Assembly: GCA_025966315.1 (NCBI GenBank)
Contig: JAOPUZ010000068.1
Span: 52,834 to 116,833 of the forward strand
Length of the DNA: 64,000 nt
Direction of reading: 5' to 3'
Origin: Frankiales bacterium
Lineage (GTDB): Bacteria > Actinomycetota > Actinomycetes > Mycobacteriales > Jatrophihabitantaceae
A program made the position numbers and the translations under genes. This document shows positions 58,756 through 64,000 of this stretch, piece by piece (position 1 is the stretch's first letter; the number at the start of each line of letters is the position of its first letter). The notes beneath the pieces are model-generated. The model saw only the letters and a program-made list of their open reading frames with translations, did not search any database and was not told the DNA's origin.

Positions 58756-59696
58756 TGGTCAAGCCTAGGACGAATCAGCTCCAGTGCGGCATCGAGCAGA
58801 TCGGGACGGGACGCGTCCAGCCAGTTGTTGCGTGGGTCGCGGCGAAACCAGGAACGTTGGCGGCGGACGAGGCGCCGGGTGCCGCGGACCGTGAGCTCGG
58901 TAGCTTCGGCCAGGTCACCACGTAGGTTCCCCTCGTCGTCCAGGACGCTCAGCAGCTGTTGGTAGCCCAGCGCCTTGGCCGCCGTCGGGCCGCCACGCAA
59001 GCCCAACGGCAACAGCGCGCGTACCTCGTCCACCAGCCCATCCTGCATCATTCGCGACACCCGCAATTCCACTCGCTCGTCGAGATCCGGTCGATCCAAT
59101 GCGACGTAGATGGTGGGATAAAGGCCATCGAACCCGGGCATGGTGGCCGTGAACGGTCGACCGGTCAGTTCGATGACTTCGAGCGCACGCACGATCCGTC
59201 GCGCGTTGGTCGGCAGGATGGCCGCGGCGGCCGCCGGATCTGCCGCGGCCAGCTTGCGGTGCAGGGCGGGCGAGCCGACGGAGGACAATTCTTCGTTCAA
59301 CCGGGCGCGGATGTCGGGCGACTCCCCCGGAAAATCGAGTCGATCGAGGGCCCCCCGGACATAGAGCCCTGACCCTCCAACGACGATCGGAATGGTGCCC
59401 GCGGCGCGAATCCGGTCGATCTCGCAGCGGGCCATGCTCTGGTACTCGGCCACCGCCGCCGACCTCGTGATCGGCCAGACATCGAGCAGATGATGCGGGA
59501 CGCCTTGCCGCTGCGAGATCGGCAGTTTGGCGGTACCGATATCCATTCCAGGGTAGAGCTGCATGGAGTCCGCGTTGATGATCTCGGCATCGAATCGCAC
59601 CGCCAGCGCCGTGCCAAGATCCGATTTGCCGGTTGCCGTCGGCCCGACTATTGCGATCACCGGAGGTCCATCCGGGCTTTCGGGAGTGACGGTCAC
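58752..59696 (-). CDS. miaA: tRNA dimethylallyltransferase
   Basis: P-loop GPTATGKS, then INADSMQLY and DIGTAK. GTG 59696 is in frame with the longer ORF. Confidence 0.9.
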   Translation of the reverse strand: MTVTPESPDGPPVIAIVGPTATGKSDLGTALAVRFDAEIINADSMQLYPGMDIGTAKLPISQRQGVPHHLLDVWPITRSAAVAEYQSMARCEIDRIRAAGTIPIVVGGSGLYVRGALDRLDFPGESPDIRARLNEELSSVGSPALHRKLAAADPAAAAAILPTNARRIVRALEVIELTGRPFTATMPGFDGLYPTIYVALDRPDLDERVELRVSRMMQDGLVDEVRALLPLGLRGGPTAAKALGYQQLLSVLDDEGNLRGDLAEATELTVRGTRRLVRRQRSWFRRDPRNNWLDASRPDLLDAALELIRPRLDQ

Positions 59697-59753
59697 GTTG
59701 CAAGAGGCTAACCGGGTGCGCCGTGGCGGCACGAAGTCGTGTCTAATGCCTAT

Positions 59754-60938
59754 ATGAGTTCGGAATGGGGACGCATCGACGAGGCCGGCACGGTGTTCGT
59801 CAAAACGGCCGACGGCGAACGAGAAGTCGGCTCGTGGCAGGCCGGTGACCCCGAAGCCGGACTCGCGTATTACCAAAGGCGATTCGCCGATCTCGCCACC
59901 GAGGTCGACCTGCTGACGACGCGGCTGAATTCCGGGAACGGTGATGCGCGCACCACCAAATCCCAAGCCATGACGCTGCATTCTTCGCTGCCCACGGTCG
60001 CCGCGGTCGGCGATCTGAACGGGCTCGACGCCAAACTGGTGTCCTTGATCGCGACCGCCGACGCCAAGATCGGCGAACAGACCGAAGCTCGGGACGCGGC
60101 TCGCGCGGCGGCGATCGCGCAGAAAGAAGCCCTGGTCACCGAAGCGGAGGCACTCGCCGAATCCTCGACCCAATGGAAGGTGGCCGGTGACCGGCTGCGC
60201 ACCATCGTGGACGAATGGAAGCTGATCAAGGGCATCGATCGTAAGACTGACGACGCACTATGGAAGCGGTTCGCGGCCGCGCGGGATTCCTTCGGCAAGC
60301 GGCGTGGCAGTCACTTTGCGCAGCTCGACACCGAGCGCGATGCCGCGAAGGCGACCAAGGAAGAGCTCGTCAAGCAGGCCGAGGAACTGGCCGCGTCCGA
60401 CGACTGGCGCGAGACCGCCAACGCGCTGAAAGAGCTGATGAACCAGTGGAAGCTCGCGCCGCGCGCGAATCGGAAGACCGAGGACGCGCTCTGGCAGCGA
60501 TTTCGTGCCGCGCAGGATCGCTTCTTCGAACGTCGCTCGGGCGTATTTGCCGAGCGTGACGCCGAGCAGACCCAGAACCTCAAGGAGAAAGAAGCCATCA
60601 TCAGCGAGGCGGCAGCGCTGGATATCTCTAATCCCCGGCAGGCGCAGGTCGCCCTACGTGATCTACAGGAGCGTCTCGAAGGGATCGGGCACGTCCCCCG
60701 TGACTCGATGCGCCGAATCGAGGAGCGGATGCGGGCCGCTGAGCATCGGGTTCGTGATGCCCTCGATGCTGATTGGCGACGGCAAGCTCCCGAGTCGAAT
60801 CCGTTCCTCGCGGCGCTCAAGGACCGGTTGGCCGAAGCAGAAGCCAAGCTGCAGCGCGCCCGTACCGCCGGCGATCCGGGCCGGATCGCCAAGGCGGAAG
60901 CCGACGTCGCTCAGCGGCGGGCCTTGATCCCGGAGTAG
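59754..60938 (+). CDS. DUF349-repeat protein
   Basis: EWGRIDEAGTVFVKT N-terminus and repeated W+..-type helical units (LWKRFAAARDSF, LWQRFRAAQDRF). Confidence 0.8.
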   Translation: MSSEWGRIDEAGTVFVKTADGEREVGSWQAGDPEAGLAYYQRRFADLATEVDLLTTRLNSGNGDARTTKSQAMTLHSSLPTVAAVGDLNGLDAKLVSLIATADAKIGEQTEARDAARAAAIAQKEALVTEAEALAESSTQWKVAGDRLRTIVDEWKLIKGIDRKTDDALWKRFAAARDSFGKRRGSHFAQLDTERDAAKATKEELVKQAEELAASDDWRETANALKELMNQWKLAPRANRKTEDALWQRFRAAQDRFFERRSGVFAERDAEQTQNLKEKEAIISEAAALDISNPRQAQVALRDLQERLEGIGHVPRDSMRRIEERMRAAEHRVRDALDADWRRQAPESNPFLAALKDRLAEAEAKLQRARTAGDPGRIAKAEADVAQRRALIPE

Positions 60939-60979
60939 CGGTCGGCCGCCGCGAGTTGCGACCTCGGCTCAGCGGCGAA

Positions 60980-62449
60980 TCAGGCCGGACGCGGCCCGAT
61001 ACTCAGCAAGGTGCGGGCCGGCGGTGCCTGTGGCCGCGCGACGCCACCCGTCCACGGCCGATGCGACAACAGCCCGGCGTCGGCGACCAAGTGATGCGGA
61101 GCGGCGTAGGTGATCGCCGCGGTGACCACGTCACCGGGACGAACGGTTGGCAGCAAGCCAGCGGGCGTCGCCACCTCAGTGGCAATGTGCACCAGCCGGC
61201 CGTCGCGGGCGCGGCCGGATACCCGCCCGGTTGCGTCGTCCTTCTTGCCCCTGCCCGTGCTGACCAGCACTTCGACCGTGGAGCCGAGCAGGTCCTTGTT
61301 CGCGGCCCAGCTGATGGATTCCTGCAGCTCGATGAGCCGTTCGTAGCGTTCCTGGACGACAGCCTTCGGGATCTGGTCCGGCAGTTGGGCCGCCGGCGTT
61401 CCCGGACGCGGCGAGTATTGAAAGGTGTAGGCGCTGGCAAATCTGGCCTGACCCACGGCGTACAAGGTCTGCTCGAAATCAGCTTCGCTCTCACCCGGAA
61501 ATCCGACGATGATGTCGGTCGTGATCGCGGCGTTCGGCATGGCGGCCCGGACGTCGTCAATAATCTGGAGATAACGCTGCTGGCGGTAGGAGCGGCGCAT
61601 CGCTCGCAGCACCCGATCTGAACCGGACTGCATCGGCATGTGTAGCTGCGGGCAGACATTGGGGGTCTGCGCCATCGCATCGATGACGTCCGCGGTGAAG
61701 TCCCGCGGATGCGGGCTGGTGAATCGGACGCGCTCCAGACCGGAGATCGCGCCGCAGGCTCGCAGCAACTTTCCGAACGCCAGCTGATCGCCGAAGGACC
61801 GTCCGTAGGAGTTGACGTTCTGACCGAGCAGCGTGATCTCAGTGACGCCTTCGGCCACCAGGGCTTCGATTTCGGCGAGGACGTCGCCCGGACGCCGGTC
61901 GGTCTCAGTGCCGCGCAGACTCGGGACGATGCAGAAAGTGCACGTGTTGTCGCAGCCCACCGATACCGAAACCCAGGCGCTGAACGCCGAGTCCCGGCGG
62001 CTGGGCAGCTCCGAGGGGAAGTTCTGCAGAGCGTCGAGGATCTCGACCTGCGCCTGCGAGTTGTGCCGAGCTCGCTCCAGCAACACCGGCAGGCTGGCGA
62101 GATTGTGGGTGCCGAAGACGACGTCGACCCAGGGCGCTCGTTTCAGGACGACGCCGCGATCTTTCTGGGCCAGACAGCCACCAACCGCGATCTGCATCCC
62201 CGGGCGAGCACGTTTCACCGGGGCCAGCTGGCTGAGCGTTCCGTACAGCCGGTTGTCGGCATTCTCGCGAACGGCACAGGTGTTGAAGACCACCAGATCG
62301 GCGTCGGCGTAATCGCCCTCAGCTCGCACGTAACCGGCTGACTCGAGCAGGCCGGCGAGCCGCTCCGAGTCGTGGACGTTCATCTGGCACCCGTACGTGC
62401 GAATGGCGTAGGTGCGTGATGGGTTCGCGGGGCTCGGTGGGCGCGTCAT
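60980..62449 (-). CDS. miaB: tRNA-i6A37 methylthiotransferase
   Basis: UPF0004 N-domain (YGCQMN), radical-SAM CDNTCTFC and a TRAM C-domain. Confidence 0.95.
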   Translation of the reverse strand: MTRPPSPANPSRTYAIRTYGCQMNVHDSERLAGLLESAGYVRAEGDYADADLVVFNTCAVRENADNRLYGTLSQLAPVKRARPGMQIAVGGCLAQKDRGVVLKRAPWVDVVFGTHNLASLPVLLERARHNSQAQVEILDALQNFPSELPSRRDSAFSAWVSVSVGCDNTCTFCIVPSLRGTETDRRPGDVLAEIEALVAEGVTEITLLGQNVNSYGRSFGDQLAFGKLLRACGAISGLERVRFTSPHPRDFTADVIDAMAQTPNVCPQLHMPMQSGSDRVLRAMRRSYRQQRYLQIIDDVRAAMPNAAITTDIIVGFPGESEADFEQTLYAVGQARFASAYTFQYSPRPGTPAAQLPDQIPKAVVQERYERLIELQESISWAANKDLLGSTVEVLVSTGRGKKDDATGRVSGRARDGRLVHIATEVATPAGLLPTVRPGDVVTAAITYAAPHHLVADAGLLSHRPWTGGVARPQAPPARTLLSIGPRPA

Positions 62450-62496
62450 AGCGGTCTCCAGGGTACGGCCCTGAGCGATCGGTACGGAGCGGCCGG

Positions 62497-63999
62497 TCAG
62501 TGCGCCACCTCAGTGGCTCGCGATTCACGCACCACGGTGACCCGGATCTGTCCGGGATAGGTCAGCTCATCCTCGATCTCTTTCGCGACCTCTCGCGCGA
62601 TCACGCCAGCGGCGAGGTCGTCCACTTCGTTGGGCAGCACCATCACGCGCACCTCGCGGCCGGACTGCATTGCGAAGACCTTCTCGACGCCGGGCTTTGC
62701 GCTGGCGATGGCCTCGATTCGCTCGAGTCGGCGAATGTAGGTTTCCAGCGATTCGCGACGGGCGCCGGGGCGGGAGGCGGAACACGCATCGGCGGCTTGG
62801 GTGAGCACTGCCTCCAGCGTTCGGGGCTGGACCTCGTTGTGATGCGCTTCGACGGCGTGGGCCACGTCCTCGGACTCGCCGTACCGGCGCAGGATCTCGG
62901 CCCCGATGATCGCATGCGATCCCTCGACCTCGTGGGTCAGCGCCTTGCCGATGTCGTGCAGGAACGCACAACGCTTGATGAGGACCACATTCAGCCCGAG
63001 CTCAGCGGCCATGACGCCCGCGATGTGGGCGGTTTCGACGAGGTGACCCAACACGTTCTGTCCGTAGCTGGTGCGATATTTCAGTCGGCCCAGGGTCGGG
63101 ATGAGTCGTTCGTCGATGTCGGTGATCCCGACGTCGGCCAGGGCGTCGCGTGCCGCTCGAAGACAGCGTTCCTCGACCTCACCGTGCGCGAGCTCGTAGA
63201 CCTCTTCGATGCGGTGCGGGTGAATGCGACCGTCGAGAATGAGCTTTTCCAGGGTGATCCGGCCAACCTCTCGGCGAACCGGATCAAAGCATGACAACAG
63301 GACGGCTTCGGGGGTGTCATCGATGATCACATTGACGCCGGTGGTCGCCTCGAATGCTCGGATGTTTCGGCCCTCTCGCCCGATGATCCGACCCTTCATC
63401 TCGTCACTGGGCAGGTGCAGCACGCTGACCACGGTCTCGGTGGTCTGCTCGCTGGCCACTCGCTGGATTGCTTCGACCACGATGCCGCGCGCACGATCCA
63501 GCCCCTCGGCTTTGGCTTCCGCCTCGATCGAGCGGACAAGCAAGGCGGCATCCCGCCGGCTGGTCGCCTCGACCGCAGCCAACAACTCGACCTTCGCCTC
63601 GTCCGTACTCAACTGGGCAACGCGCTCGAGTTCGGTCCGCAGCCGCTGTTCAAATTGCGCCTGCTCACCGTCGAGTCCGGTCCGGCGCTGCTGCAGGTCA
63701 GCCGCCGCGGCGGCAAGTTGTTGCTGATGTTCGGCGTGTTCCTGAATGCTGCTCGCCAGGTCGGCCTCCCGCGATTCGAGCGTGGCCTGCGTGGCGGCAA
63801 GCTGTCTCGCCAGTGCCTCGGACGCGGCGGATCGGGCGGCCAGAGTTCGATCAGCTTCTCGCTGTGCCTCGGCGGCCACTTCGGCGGCCGCGTCGGTAGC
63901 TCGAGTGCGCACGGCCTCGGCGGTTTGCCGCGAGGATTCGACTTCGGTCTGCGCGGCGCGCCTCAGAGATTCAAGTTCACTCTCGAGGGAACGCCGCAA
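62497..63999 (-). CDS. rny: ribonuclease Y (partial, N-terminus beyond window)
   Basis: Coiled-coil region, KH domain ([17 protein letters not shown]) and HD domain (LHDIGKA). Confidence 0.9.
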   Translation of the reverse strand: MRRSLESELESLRRAAQTEVESSRQTAEAVRTRATDAAAEVAAEAQREADRTLAARSAASEALARQLAATQATLESREADLASSIQEHAEHQQQLAAAAADLQQRRTGLDGEQAQFEQRLRTELERVAQLSTDEAKVELLAAVEATSRRDAALLVRSIEAEAKAEGLDRARGIVVEAIQRVASEQTTETVVSVLHLPSDEMKGRIIGREGRNIRAFEATTGVNVIIDDTPEAVLLSCFDPVRREVGRITLEKLILDGRIHPHRIEEVYELAHGEVEERCLRAARDALADVGITDIDERLIPTLGRLKYRTSYGQNVLGHLVETAHIAGVMAAELGLNVVLIKRCAFLHDIGKALTHEVEGSHAIIGAEILRRYGESEDVAHAVEAHHNEVQPRTLEAVLTQAADACSASRPGARRESLETYIRRLERIEAIASAKPGVEKVFAMQSGREVRVMVLPNEVDDLAAGVIAREVAKEIEDELTYPGQIRVTVVRESRATEVAH

Positions 64000-64000
64000 C

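Overview
This is a high-G+C actinobacterial chromosomal segment with about 60 protein genes. I saw no rRNA, tRNA, CRISPR array, transposase or integrase. The backbone is a housekeeping block: dxs, trkA-trkA, dut, suhB, ppgK, sigA, a sigB-like sigma factor, ideR, nrdR-nrdJ, lexA, hflX, dapF, miaA, miaB, rny. From memory, its order matches the mycobacterial Rv2682c-Rv2733c neighbourhood. Less conserved material sits between the core genes. (1) An efeUOB iron-uptake operon preceded by two IdeR-type iron boxes. (2) A GGDEF-EAL membrane protein coupled to a small membrane protein. (3) A same-strand block of GH15 hydrolase, PAP2-like protein, DUF3152 metallopeptidase-like protein, DyP peroxidase plus family-1 encapsulin, and an LPG-synthase-TM protein. 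(4) A decaying islet with an MmyB-like regulator pseudogene and a 3'-degraded SDR gene. (5) A low-GC, repeat-dense spacer between lexA and an orphan tatA. Recognisable regulatory sites are twin LexA boxes, candidate NrdR boxes, two ECF-type promoters and several stem-loop terminators. I found no convincing wholly new multi-gene system. The DyP-encapsulin pair is a known system type. The least explained signals are the lexA-tatA repeat spacer, the duplicated C-terminal module of the DUF3152 protein, and several conserved-unknown gene pairs. Family assignments come from motif recognition by eye, not from database searches. Many start codons are approximate.
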